A stretch of DNA of 64,000 nt, taken from positions 1-64,000 of the IMG/VR virus record IMGVR_UViG_3300042545_001167. One strand, 5' to 3'. The notes below the pieces were generated by a model. It worked only from the letters and a program-made list of their open reading frames with translations, ran no database searches and was not told where the DNA came from. Position numbers and translations under genes: made by a program. Numbering within the stretch: position 1 is the stretch's first letter; each line of letters starts with the position of its first letter. Positions 9,701 to 19,736 of this stretch are shown piece after piece. This DNA comes from a virus.

Positions 9701-12700
9701 TTATTGATTATTTAGATTACTTAGATGATTTTTAATTTTTTGCATTTCTTTTTGAGATTCTTTAAATGCCTCAATTAAAAGACCAATCAAACCATTATAA
9801 TTAACTGTCTTTTTGCCATTGATATTTAATATCAGTTCTGGTAAAACTTTTTCAACTTGTTGAGCAATAACACCAGATGAAGGAGCATTATTATCTACCC
9901 AGTTAAATGTTACACCGTCAAGTTTATTAATTTTTTCTATAGAATTTTGTATGATTTTAATGTTTGTTTTTTCTGTTTCATCAGATAATGATGTAAAAAT
10001 CGTAGCAGATAAGGTTCCTGTAGATGGATTAAATGTAAATTTTGATGATGAAACATTTGTTGCACTAGGTGTTCCTGTTGTAACATCAACAAATGTAGGA
10101 TATCTTGTTGCATTCGTGGAATTGTCATTTGTAATTGAGGAACTTCCGCTAGTTCCTGCTGTACCTTGAGCACCTGTAGTACCTGCTGTACCTTGAGCAC
10201 CATTGCTACCAACAAAACCAGCACTACCCTGAATACCTTGAGGACCACTTGGACCAGCATTAGCATAAACTTCCCAAGTACTTCCATCATAAACTATATC
10301 TGCAGTAATGCCTTTGATATTAAAAGTAAAATCATCAGTAATACCTTCAATTGTTGAACCATTTCTACCTAATGTTAGATTGGTTGTTGCCCAATCTGCA
10401 CCATCCGCAATTCTAATATTATGACCTATTGATGGTGTTGCTGGAAGTGTAATTGTAAAGGTTCCTCCAGAAGTGTCTGCAATTATGCTATCACCATTTA
10501 CTGCAGTATAGTTTGCAGTTTTTCTTACCCATCTATTAATAATTGCTTGTCCTACTACAACATCACCACCATAAGGTGCAAGAGAAACTGTCCCCGCAGC
10601 ACCTACATCAATACTAGGAATGCCAGAAACATCATTAACAGAGAAAATAGAACCAGTGGTAAGGTTATTAGTAATACTGAATAACTGCCCTGCAGAACCT
10701 TCAAAAGAAAGAGTGCCTGAATTTAAAGCGTCATAATGAACAATATCAATAATAGTACCGATTCCCACAGTACCTACACCAGATACTGCTCCAGTATATG
10801 TAAGACTGGTAGAACCATCTGGATTATTTGAACTATTCTTGTAAACGATTTGATTAGCAGATCCTGCTACTGGGCCTGTGATACCTTGGATACCTTGAGT
10901 TCCTGTGGTTCCTTGAGTTCCAAGAATACCTTGGATGCCCTGTGTTCCTGTAGTTCCTTGAGTTCCAAGAATACCTTGGATACCTTGTGTTCCCGTAGTT
11001 CCTTGAGTTCCAAGAATACCTTGGATACCTTGTGTTCCCGTAGTTCCTTGAGTTCCAAGAATACCTTGGATACCTTGTGTTCCCGTAGTTCCTTGAGTTC
11101 CAAGAATACCTTGGACACCTTGGATTCCTTGAGTTCCTTGGACACCTTGGATTCCTTGAGTTCCTTGGACACCTTGGATTCCTTGGACACCTTGGATTCC
11201 TTGAGTTCCTTGGACACCTTGGATTCCTTGGATTCCTTGAGTTCCTTGGACACCTTGAATTCCGGCAGCAAATGGAGTTGTCCAAGAAACACCAGCACCA
11301 GTAGCAATTAAAACACTACCTGCAGCACCTACATTTCCATAAAAGTCTCTTAAAGAACTATCAAGTTCTACTAATCCAACAAATGTAGAAGCACCAGAAA
11401 CTCTTACATCACCTTGAACCGTAAGTTTTGATGTTGGATTTGTGGTTCCTATTCCAATAGAACCTGCGTGATACATCTGTGAAGATGTATCAGAACTATA
11501 AATGGAATAACGGTTGGTTAGAGTTCCATTTACAATTGGAGTTGCTAGATATACACCATAATAATTTGTAAGTTGTCCTGTAAGTGCTACTGTTGGTGCT
11601 CCATAATATCCATAGTAATTGGTGAGAGTTCCAATACCAGTTCCTGATGCAGCACCAACCTGCATAAGGTTATAATGACCATATGCACTGGTTGATGATG
11701 CAGAGTAGTTTGCTGTTGCACCAATATTTGTTGTAGTAAAATTTCCATAAATGGTAGTTGCAGTTGCTTTTTGGACTCCTACAAGATTACGATTTCCATA
11801 CGCAAATCCAGTTACAACAGATTGGTCTACATTAGATCCTTGAAAAACGATGTTAGAAATTCCATAAAGCAAATTAGATGCATAAGAAGAAACATCAGTG
11901 GTGCTGTTTCTAGCAACATAATTATAAAATCCAATTCCAGTAAGTCTTGCAGCAGATGAAGTTCCTGCAACATTAGTAAGGTTATCAAGTCCATATAGAG
12001 TTGAATTATAACTTCCATTTGCAGAAGTTAATGCAGAACTGAATATTGCTGGTTCATAAGATCTAAAAGCAGTTTGAGAAGCATCAAAACTATATACAGT
12101 TTCTGGTTGAACTAATAAAGAAACATTTTGTGCAGTATAACTCTTACTGTCTAATGTATTGAACCAAACTGATTGAGTGCTTCCTATTGAAGTTTCTACC
12201 TTTGTGGTTCCATTAACTTGTAATTTTGTTGTTGCATTTGTGGTTCCTATTCCAACAGAACCAGAAACATAAGCACCACCAGTAACTTGAAGATCTTGAT
12301 CTGCTGTTCCTGTTGATGTTGCTGAACCTATTAATACAGGTCCGTTAGTGAATGTAGAACTCCCAGAAACACTCAATTGTGGAGTGCTTACTGTAGAATC
12401 AGTAACCTGCATTCCTCCAGCAGCAAGTCTAACTCCTAATGGAATTTGTGTAGAACCAATACCAACACCATAATTAAATATCCAAGCATCAGTATTGAGA
12501 CCAGTAAAGGAACCAGACTTAAACCACATTAACTGCTTATAGGTATCTGGTGTTACTTCTCCAGCAGAACTTAAACTAACTAATGGACTACCTTCTGTGG
12601 ATGCAATTGCAATACCACCCGTGTTAGCTGTTGTATCTGTAGAGGTATCATTACCAAGACCATCGGTAACAATACCAACTACAAGATCCTTATCTTTGAT

Positions 12701-14146
12701 TCTAAGTTCGTTAGATATAATATATGATGATGTACCCCCAATTGTGATATTTCCACCAACATAAAGATTAGAACCATCAAAAGTTAAATTGGTAGACCCG
12801 GTAGGATTATTTGATCCATCTTTATAAACAATTTGATTGGCAGAACCTGCTACTGGACCTGTGACACCTTGAATACCTTGAGTACCTTGGACACCTTGAA
12901 TACCTTGAGTACCTTGAGTACCTTGAGTTCCATCAGTTCCTTGAGTTCCTTGAGTTCCTTGAGTTCCAGTAGTTCCTTGGATACCTTGAGTACCTTGGAC
13001 ACCTTGAATACCTTGAGTTCCTTGAACACCTTGAGTTCCAGTAATTCCTTGGATACCTTGGATACCTTGAGTACCTTGGACACCTTGAGTACCTTGGGTT
13101 CCTTGAGTTCCATCAGTTCCTTGAGTTCCAGTAGTTCCTTGGATACCTTGAGTACCTTGGACACCTTGAGTACCTTGGGTTCCTTGAGTTCCTTGAGTTC
13201 CAGTAGTTCCTTGGATACCTTGAGTTCCTTGGATGCCTTGGGTTCCTTGAGTACCTTGGGTTCCTTGAGTTCCATCAGTTCCTTGAGTTCCAGTAGTTCC
13301 TTGGATACCTTGAGTACCTTGGACACCTTGAGTACCTTGGGTTCCTTGAGTTCCATCAGTTCCTTGAGTTCCAGTAGTTCCTTGGATACCTTGAGTTCCT
13401 TGGATGCCTTGGGTTCCTTGAGTACCTTGAGTGCCTGTGGATCCTTGAATGCCTTGGATACCTTGAGTTCCTTGGATACCTTGAGTTCCTTGGACACCTT
13501 GAGTTCCCTGAGTACCCTGAAGTCCTTGAGTGCCTTGAATACCTTGAGTGCCTTGAGTTCCTTGAATACCTTGCGTTCCTACAGATGCCGGCGCCGCCCA
13601 AGAAACACCAGCTCCAATAGCAATTAAAACACTACCTGCAGCACCTACATTTCCATAAAAGTCTCTTAAAGAACTATCAAGTTCTACTAATCCATTAAAT
13701 GTAGAAATTCCAGAAACCGTCAAACTATTGAATGTTGGAGTATCGGAAACCCTTATCGTTGCAATAGCACCTCCAGTAGTGGAAATAGCAATTATGTTAT
13801 TTCCTCTAAAGTCTAAATTTGTTACGCTACCAGCAGTTCCTACAATATTTCCTTCTTCTCTTACTACAATGCCATCAAGAGTTCCTGCACCTGCTTGAGT
13901 AACTGGTTGCCAACTCCAACCACCACTACCATCTGCAACAGGAACATATGTATTATTTCCGGGACTATTATTATTATCGTAGATTGCACCACGAATTCTA
14001 ACATTTCCATCAACATCTAATTCTTGTGTTGCATTTGTGTTTCCAATACCAACCTTACCAGTAACCTCAAGCACTGTCTGACTTTCGGTATATGAACTAA
14101 TACCAATCTTAAGATTTTTTTGACGATTACTGATGAACTTTGCCAT
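9701..14146 (-). CDS. Collagen-like long tail fibre with C-terminal intramolecular chaperone (peptidase S74)
   Basis: Two long G-X-Q collagen blocks, GIGTTNP fibre repeats, C-terminal [11 protein letters not shown]...GVTFNW...[15 protein letters not shown]...[13 protein letters not shown]. Confidence 0.85.
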   Translation of the reverse strand: MAKFISNRQKNLKIGISSYTESQTVLEVTGKVGIGNTNATQELDVDGNVRIRGAIYDNNNSPGNNTYVPVADGSGGWSWQPVTQAGAGTLDGIVVREEGNIVGTAGSVTNLDFRGNNIIAISTTGGAIATIRVSDTPTFNSLTVSGISTFNGLVELDSSLRDFYGNVGAAGSVLIAIGAGVSWAAPASVGTQGIQGTQGTQGIQGTQGLQGTQGTQGVQGTQGIQGTQGIQGIQGSTGTQGTQGTQGIQGTQGIQGTTGTQGTDGTQGTQGTQGVQGTQGIQGTTGTQGTDGTQGTQGTQGTQGIQGTQGIQGTTGTQGTQGTQGTQGVQGTQGIQGTTGTQGTDGTQGTQGTQGVQGTQGIQGIQGITGTQGVQGTQGIQGVQGTQGIQGTTGTQGTQGTQGTDGTQGTQGTQGIQGVQGTQGIQGVTGPVAGSANQIVYKDGSNNPTGSTNLTFDGSNLYVGGNITIGGTSSYIISNELRIKDKDLVVGIVTDGLGNDTSTDTTANTGGIAIASTEGSPLVSLSSAGEVTPDTYKQLMWFKSGSFTGLNTDAWIFNYGVGIGSTQIPLGVRLAAGGMQVTDSTVSTPQLSVSGSSTFTNGPVLIGSATSTGTADQDLQVTGGAYVSGSVGIGTTNATTKLQVNGTTKVETSIGSTQSVWFNTLDSKSYTAQNVSLLVQPETVYSFDASQTAFRSYEPAIFSSALTSANGSYNSTLYGLDNLTNVAGTSSAARLTGIGFYNYVARNSTTDVSSYASNLLYGISNIVFQGSNVDQSVVTGFAYGNRNLVGVQKATATTIYGNFTTTNIGATANYSASSTSAYGHYNLMQVGAASGTGIGTLTNYYGYYGAPTVALTGQLTNYYGVYLATPIVNGTLTNRYSIYSSDTSSQMYHAGSIGIGTTNPTSKLTVQGDVRVSGASTFVGLVELDSSLRDFYGNVGAAGSVLIATGAGVSWTTPFAAGIQGVQGTQGIQGIQGVQGTQGIQGVQGIQGVQGTQGIQGVQGTQGIQGVQGILGTQGTTGTQGIQGILGTQGTTGTQGIQGILGTQGTTGTQGIQGILGTQGTTGTQGIQGILGTQGTTGTQGIQGITGPVAGSANQIVYKNSSNNPDGSTSLTYTGAVSGVGTVGIGTIIDIVHYDALNSGTLSFEGSAGQLFSITNNLTTGSIFSVNDVSGIPSIDVGAAGTVSLAPYGGDVVVGQAIINRWVRKTANYTAVNGDSIIADTSGGTFTITLPATPSIGHNIRIADGADWATTNLTLGRNGSTIEGITDDFTFNIKGITADIVYDGSTWEVYANAGPSGPQGIQGSAGFVGSNGAQGTAGTTGAQGTAGTSGSSSITNDNSTNATRYPTFVDVTTGTPSATNVSSSKFTFNPSTGTLSATIFTSLSDETEKTNIKIIQNSIEKINKLDGVTFNWVDNNAPSSGVIAQQVEKVLPELILNINGKKTVNYNGLIGLLIEAFKESQKEMQKIKNHLSNLNNQ
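10871..11263. repeat. Collagen block 2 (about 43 Gly-X-Y triplets) including a 45-nt higher-order repeat ([15 protein letters not shown])
   Basis: ataccttggataccttgtgttcccgtagttccttgagttccaaga units repeated in 10881-11110. Confidence 0.9.
12854..13579. repeat. Collagen block 1 (about 80 Gly-X-Y triplets: [15 protein letters not shown])
   Basis: 9-nt periodic ccttgagtt/ccttggata repeats. Confidence 0.9.
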
Positions 14147-14155
14147 TTCTTTATA

Positions 14156-14485
14156 TTAGTTAAGTGTTTCTAGAATACTTGCAATAAACTTCAAAGTAAT
14201 TCCATTACTACCTGATAGAACTAATTTATCTCCACTTTCTAATACTAATTTTCCTGCTAGAAGATTTGCAGTATCATTTGCTGAGATTGGATATTCCCTT
14301 AACATTTCAGTATCAGTAGAACTTCTACGATGAACTAAAGTTACATCTGCAGAAATTACTCCAATATTTGCAACTTGCGCTAAAAGGACGACACCCGTAT
14401 ATCCGACAGGTGCCGAATAAACCTCTGTTGGATTTGTATTTACAACTGTAGTAACTGTCTTGAATACGTTAAGTGCTAGTGCCAT
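14156..14485 (-). CDS. Small virion/fibre-associated protein
   Basis: Clean ORF with LAGKLVLESGDKL motif typical of cyanophage fibre clusters. Confidence 0.6.
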   Translation of the reverse strand: MALALNVFKTVTTVVNTNPTEVYSAPVGYTGVVLLAQVANIGVISADVTLVHRRSSTDTEMLREYPISANDTANLLAGKLVLESGDKLVLSGSNGITLKFIASILETLN

Positions 14486-14489
14486 TTGA

Positions 14490-16352
14490 TTAATCTCCTC
14501 CTAGTGCGAGTATGAATGGTGTCATTGTTGAAAACAAACTCTTAGAATAGAATGTTCCACTAATGGTTCCTGTTTGCTGATTAATTACAACACCATCACC
14601 AATTCTAAAATTACCAGATTGGTCAGTTGAAGTAAATACTACAAGACCACCATTGAGAGAATCAGTTTCATTTCCTTGAATTGGTACACCACCATTTTGT
14701 GGAAGTGCAGCTGCAATGTTTGTTCCCGAACCAATATATTCAAGAGAATGTCCCGATGCTAATACTCTACTTTGCTTAAAGAAAGGAACTGTTGTTCCAA
14801 CGCCAATTGCATAAGGAACATTATCAGTAATAGTTATAGTACAGATTCCAGCAGAAATTGGTGTTGATGATTGTATTACGTAATAAGACGGAACAAGATT
14901 TGCTGTTCCTGTTGCCGAATTTATTCCAACATCGGGAGAATTGAAGGTTAGTACTGGTGCCGTTGTATAACCACGACCATTTGAGACCATTTCAACAGAA
15001 GTTACAGAACCATTTTTAACTTCTCCTACGGCAGTTGCAGGAATTCCCCAAGGCGTAGAAGGATTGTCAAAAGTAATATCAACATTCTGGGAGTAACCTG
15101 TTCCACCAGAACTTACAGTTACTCCACCAACAGTATAATAAAGAGTATCAAAGTAAATCACTTGACCGTCAAAAGGTCTTACTACATTTATTTTTACTAT
15201 TCCGCCTGACTGATAAGTATGTGATAAAGTAGAAACTCCGACATAAACTTCAAAAGAAGTTGGTGAAGGAACTCCTGCAACCTCAAAAATATATCCTTTA
15301 TTTCCTGAGGGATAAGTTACAATTCCTGGACCAGAAGAACAAGTAAATGCAAGTCCAACAATCGAAACTCCCATTCCAACATTGAAGTTATGATTTGAAC
15401 CTACCGTAATGGTGGTTAATCCAGTTACATTATTATAAGAAGCATTTGTTACATTTAAAGTTGGGACATTTAAATCTAGAACAAAAGTATCTGAATTCTC
15501 TGCAGATGCACTGGTAACAATACCAGTATATTTAAGGGGACCTCTTCCATCAGCAACTAGTGCATAATTTCCAAATGAAGAGTTGGAGTTTGTTAAATCA
15601 CAAGCAGCACCAGAACCACAATAAACTGCAGTCTCATTGCAAATTGTAAATAGTGATACTAACTGGGCATAACCTTCATTGGTAATTGAGCAACCAATAC
15701 CACCCTGATTGTATTGTGTATAAGAATCTAGGACCATTGACTTTAATGGTCCTATTGCCTTTGATCCATCAATCTTTAGTCCAATACTGTTTGGAATAAA
15801 GTTAGTGCAGTTCTGTATATAAGGTGACTGATTGAAATATCCTACTTGAGTTGGATTGAATGCAAAGATTGCTTTACCAGAATTCAGAGTGCCTGTATAA
15901 GACATCTCTGCAATATAATTTCCATTAGAAACATAGAACAAGTCTTGATTTGCATTCTGTGGAGATACTGATACTTCTCTTAAACTATCTCCAACAATTG
16001 ATACTTGCTCTGGAATAGTGAGAGGATTATTTTCTAGATAAGATCCAGCACTAATTTTAATAACTGTTCCTGTTGTTGCTGTTGTAAGTGCTGCTCCGAT
16101 TGTTCTTTTTGCGTCTCCAAGTTTTTTTCCTGTATTGGTGTCGCTTCCATCTTGCGTAACATAAAGTATATTAGTAACTGTTGCTCCAGCACCAAGTCTT
16201 ACAATATCGGTGCCGATACCTGCTCTTTCTCTACGGGCATATAACTCTGCATCATATGTATTAAGCCCAAGTTCTCCCAAAGGCAAATCACTTACCTGCG
16301 GCGATTTACCGGGAACTGCTGACCTTTTTATCTTAATATTTGGATCCGCCAT
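14490..16352 (-). CDS. Virion structural/tail fibre protein with pectin-lyase-like beta-helix
   Basis: IKRSAVPGK.P...LPLGELGLN N-terminus, AKRTIGAAL..G.Y.E..P...SIVGDSLR, SPYIQNCT, NGRGYTTAP repeats. Confidence 0.7.
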   Translation of the reverse strand: MADPNIKIKRSAVPGKSPQVSDLPLGELGLNTYDAELYARRERAGIGTDIVRLGAGATVTNILYVTQDGSDTNTGKKLGDAKRTIGAALTTATTGTVIKISAGSYLENNPLTIPEQVSIVGDSLREVSVSPQNANQDLFYVSNGNYIAEMSYTGTLNSGKAIFAFNPTQVGYFNQSPYIQNCTNFIPNSIGLKIDGSKAIGPLKSMVLDSYTQYNQGGIGCSITNEGYAQLVSLFTICNETAVYCGSGAACDLTNSNSSFGNYALVADGRGPLKYTGIVTSASAENSDTFVLDLNVPTLNVTNASYNNVTGLTTITVGSNHNFNVGMGVSIVGLAFTCSSGPGIVTYPSGNKGYIFEVAGVPSPTSFEVYVGVSTLSHTYQSGGIVKINVVRPFDGQVIYFDTLYYTVGGVTVSSGGTGYSQNVDITFDNPSTPWGIPATAVGEVKNGSVTSVEMVSNGRGYTTAPVLTFNSPDVGINSATGTANLVPSYYVIQSSTPISAGICTITITDNVPYAIGVGTTVPFFKQSRVLASGHSLEYIGSGTNIAAALPQNGGVPIQGNETDSLNGGLVVFTSTDQSGNFRIGDGVVINQQTGTISGTFYSKSLFSTMTPFILALGGD

Positions 16353-16412
16353 TCAATCCTCTCATTGATGGTATATACCGTAGAACTCTTATATAAGAGT
16401 TTCTATTATTTA

Positions 16413-16598
16413 TCAAAAATCTTCTTCTGTTTTTGTTCCTCTTTTTGGTTTCTTCAGTTTCTCAATTTCTGCACTCAAATCACTTACTGTAATATTGAGT
16501 TTTTCTACTTGAGTTTCTAATACGATATTTTGATTGAATAACTCAAAAGTTTTTTGTTGATACTTTGAAAGAACCAACTTCAAATCTTCTTCACTCAT
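16413..16598 (-). CDS. Small coiled-coil protein
   Basis: Heptad pattern; preceded by ATAAATA. Confidence 0.6.
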   Translation of the reverse strand: MSEEDLKLVLSKYQQKTFELFNQNIVLETQVEKLNITVSDLSAEIEKLKKPKRGTKTEEDF

Positions 16599-16630
16599 AA
16601 AAAAATAGACCCATCTCTGGGTCTATTTAT
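16599..16630 (-). terminator. Terminator hairpin overlapping a late promoter
   Basis: AAATAGACCCA-GAGA-TGGGTCTATTT followed by T-run; ATAAATA at 16624-16630 overlaps the 5' arm. Confidence 0.7.
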
Positions 16631-16647
16631 TAGTTTTCAGTTAAACT

Positions 16648-18690
16648 TCAAAAAGTTCCAGCATCAATCGTAATGTTCTCAAGATTTCTTGTTGTTCCAG
16701 TGCAAGAAATAACTTGAGATGTTCCTGCACAGTCAGTCACCCACAGAGAACCAATTTCAATAGGAGCAAAGGTAGTTACTGAAAGTTGAGGAGTGTTTAC
16801 ATCAGTACCATCAGTATCAGAACCAAGAACACTTGCAAACTGGAATCTTGTTGCAGAATGTTCCCAAACAACAGCGGACTTCTTGGCACCTGATGCATTA
16901 TAATTAAAGAGAACTCCAAGGTCCCAAGTAGTTGATGACGATGGAACAGCTCCATCAACACGACCAAGTTCAATAGTACGATCTTCTACAGTTAATGCAG
17001 TTGTATTAACTTGAGTCGTGCTTCCATTTACATAAAGATTACCTTGAACAGTTAAGTCATCGGCAATTGTAACATCATTTGCCGCAAGAGTAATAGCTGT
17101 AGCACCGGTGCTTGATTTAATATCATTACCAGTAATTTGCAAATCACCAGCAATAGTTACATCTGCACCACTTAAAGTAATGGCAGTTGTGCCATCACTT
17201 GCCTGGATATCATTACCACCAACTTTAATATCACCATCAACTATCAAATTACCAGTAAAACGTCCATATTGTGTCGTAAAAGTATTTGTACCTGGATTGT
17301 AGTAAACGCCATCATCAGTATAAACAATCTCATTGGTTGAAGAACCATTATTTGAATTTACAAAGGTTAGATAATAATCTGCATTTGCACTACCCGCATC
17401 TACCGTCTTAACTTGGTCTGCAGAAGAAACATTACCAACTACAGAACCGTAGAAGGTTGTAGCAGATACTGAAGTATCACTAACAGTAACACCAGAACCA
17501 ACGGCCAGGCGAACTCCATTCGCCATTGTTGTGGTTCCAATCGCAACACCATAGTTAAAACCAAATGCATCAGTGCTGAATCCAAGAGTTCCACTCTTGA
17601 ACCACATCATTTGCTTGTATGTGCTTGGAAGAGTATTAATTCCAGAAGCATCAAAGTTTGCTAATGGAGTTCCTTCCGTTGATGCAATTGCAACACCTGC
17701 GTGATTTGCAGTTGTGTCATTTGGTGTAGAGGTCGTTGTATAACCAAGAACAATATCTTTGTTCTCGATAAAGACATCAGTTCCGCGAAGAGTAACTGTT
17801 GTTCCGCCAATATAAACATTACCAGTTACATCTAAATCACCAAGAACATCAAGATGTTGTGCGACTTCTACAAGTCCAATTATAGAATTAAGAGTTAATT
17901 TTCCTATTGTAGTATCAATTGTATTGCCATTACTAATACCAATCTGAACAGCATCAACAACTGCTCCCGTAGCAAATGTACCTACTCCGGCAAAGGATGC
18001 ATTATTCCATCTCTTTGATATATTTCCAAGATTATAAGTTGCATCATCACTTGGAATTAAGTTAGACTTAAATTCTCCAGCAACTACAATATCGTCAGTG
18101 TCACTATCACCAAGGTTAATCTGCCCACCATAAAATGTTGCCGTACCAATAAAATGTGATTGTCCAGTAACAGAAAGACCTGCACCAATAGTTACATTTT
18201 TGGCAATTCCTACTCCACCATCAATTTGAACCGCACCAGTATTAACATCACCAAGAGTATTGTCAGTAGTAGTAGTAAAAGCAACATTGTTTGAAAAAGT
18301 TCCAATCCCACTTACAAGATTAGTAATTGCTAATTCATCTAGAGCTGATGTCCAAGAAAGAACACCATTAGCATCTGTTGTGAGAACATCACCATTTACC
18401 GGAGTTGCTGGAAGTGTATAAGTTACAATTCCAGCAAGAGAATCTGGTGACTTTAGTGTGATATATGAAGTGCCATTTGAAGTTCCTTCTACAAGATTTA
18501 CGCCGCTACCTGTAGAAGCAGTTCCTTTGGTCCAATATCTATGAGAACCAAAGAACTTATTATTATTTGCAGAACTATCAATACCTACATAAAGGTCGTA
18601 TGAATCAGTTGTAAAACCAGGTTCACCTACCCTTAAACCGGGAAGATTAGCAAGAAGACCTCTCTTAAACTGTAAAACAGGAGCTGCCAT
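16648..18690 (-). CDS. Tail fibre protein
   Basis: LQFKRG...GEPGFTTD N-terminal anchor motif; GAVQIDGGVGIAKN, GNLYVNGSTTQVNT fibre repeats; shares KDIVLG...GVAIASTEGTPL...YKQMMWFKSG domain with 9701..14146. Confidence 0.75.
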   Translation of the reverse strand: MAAPVLQFKRGLLANLPGLRVGEPGFTTDSYDLYVGIDSSANNNKFFGSHRYWTKGTASTGSGVNLVEGTSNGTSYITLKSPDSLAGIVTYTLPATPVNGDVLTTDANGVLSWTSALDELAITNLVSGIGTFSNNVAFTTTTDNTLGDVNTGAVQIDGGVGIAKNVTIGAGLSVTGQSHFIGTATFYGGQINLGDSDTDDIVVAGEFKSNLIPSDDATYNLGNISKRWNNASFAGVGTFATGAVVDAVQIGISNGNTIDTTIGKLTLNSIIGLVEVAQHLDVLGDLDVTGNVYIGGTTVTLRGTDVFIENKDIVLGYTTTSTPNDTTANHAGVAIASTEGTPLANFDASGINTLPSTYKQMMWFKSGTLGFSTDAFGFNYGVAIGTTTMANGVRLAVGSGVTVSDTSVSATTFYGSVVGNVSSADQVKTVDAGSANADYYLTFVNSNNGSSTNEIVYTDDGVYYNPGTNTFTTQYGRFTGNLIVDGDIKVGGNDIQASDGTTAITLSGADVTIAGDLQITGNDIKSSTGATAITLAANDVTIADDLTVQGNLYVNGSTTQVNTTALTVEDRTIELGRVDGAVPSSSTTWDLGVLFNYNASGAKKSAVVWEHSATRFQFASVLGSDTDGTDVNTPQLSVTTFAPIEIGSLWVTDCAGTSQVISCTGTTRNLENITIDAGTF

Positions 18691-18723
18691 CTTCTTTATA
18701 CTCTTTTTTTATTATTTATTGAT

Positions 18724-19023
18724 TCAAAAACTTCCTGCATCAAGATCAATTTTATCATCTAGGTCTACATCAAGTTCGTCAACAAAATTAGTAGGAAGAC
18801 CCGGTTGAGTCGTCTCAGTTGTTGATGCTGCAGATAAAACTTCATCTGGATTTACCGCAGTCCATTTTTTAGTTGCATTATCATACATTAATACATACTT
18901 GTCACTTTTTCCAACGATATCAACATCCAAAAGTTCGCTTAGGTTTCTTGCCATAATTACCCCCGAAGCTACTGTTGTTTTGATGTTAGTTCCTCTACCT
19001 GCAACTCTTACTTGGTAAGTCAT
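18724..19023 (-). CDS. Hypothetical virion-associated protein
   Basis: LSELLDVD...VLMYD...KW motif and DAGSF C-terminus (cf. DAGTF of the neighbour). Confidence 0.55.
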   Translation of the reverse strand: MTYQVRVAGRGTNIKTTVASGVIMARNLSELLDVDIVGKSDKYVLMYDNATKKWTAVNPDEVLSAASTTETTQPGLPTNFVDELDVDLDDKIDLDAGSF

Positions 19024-19355
19024 ACGGAAGCAGTCTCCTCTACGATTACATTTCCTTCAACTACTTTTGAAATCATTCCACCACTAGTAGTCAAAATTAC
19101 ATCATAATAACATCTACCACTTGGAAGTGCTGCAGTAATTGTAGATCCCATCGAAATTTTTACTGTGCTATCTGCAACAGTAAGAGTTGTACTGAATGTA
19201 TGTGAAGTAGGTGACGACGGATGCTTTCTTAATTTAGCAGTCGCAATATTGTTAGTTAAATTCAATCCACTATTATCTTCAGCAGCTAACTGAAAAGTTT
19301 CCTCAAAATAAGTACCTTTATGTATTGTGAGATTAACTGCACTTACTGCTGCCAT
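19020..19355 (-). CDS. BppU-N-like Ig-fold virion adaptor protein
   Basis: NLTIHKG..F, T..LPSGR.YYDV, KVVEGNVIV pattern. Confidence 0.55.
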   Translation of the reverse strand: MAAVSAVNLTIHKGTYFEETFQLAAEDNSGLNLTNNIATAKLRKHPSSPTSHTFSTTLTVADSTVKISMGSTITAALPSGRCYYDVILTTSGGMISKVVEGNVIVEETASV

Positions 19356-19379
19356 TAGATTGAATATATTTTTAAATAT

Positions 19380-19736
19380 TTAGTATACCTTTACTTCTCT
19401 GTAATCAGAATTACACAACTCATTAACTTCTTTTTTAATTCTTGCTCGTTCATCATTAGTGATATAAACACTACGAGCAAGTTCAATAAATTCATCATCA
19501 AACTGTTGTAATTTTTCTTTTTCTCTGAGTCTATCTTCTATTTTCCAAAGTTTTTTATTTACCTCTCTTAACTGATTCATATTATCCGTAGTATAAGAAG
19601 TTATAGTACTACGGATAACATTCAAATCATTCAGTTCTTTAGATACATATTCATCATTGGTGAACATAGATTTGATTTCTAAGATAGTAATCTTATCTAA
19701 AAGTTCTCCAACTGATATAGGAACTACTAACTTCAT
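19380..19736 (-). CDS. DUF6165-like protein
   Basis: PISVGELLDKITILEIK...VNKKLWKIED...LARSVYITNDERARIK signature. Confidence 0.75.
   Translation of the reverse strand: MKLVVPISVGELLDKITILEIKSMFTNDEYVSKELNDLNVIRSTITSYTTDNMNQLREVNKKLWKIEDRLREKEKLQQFDDEFIELARSVYITNDERARIKKEVNELCNSDYREVKVY

Noticed and set aside
9447-13627. Alternative-frame and antisense ORFs over the collagen repeats (e.g. 12833..13627+, 12850..13497-, 10850..11311+, 9468..9695+)
   Set aside because: Shadow ORFs created by the 9/18-nt periodicity that lacks stop codons; no SD or promoter.
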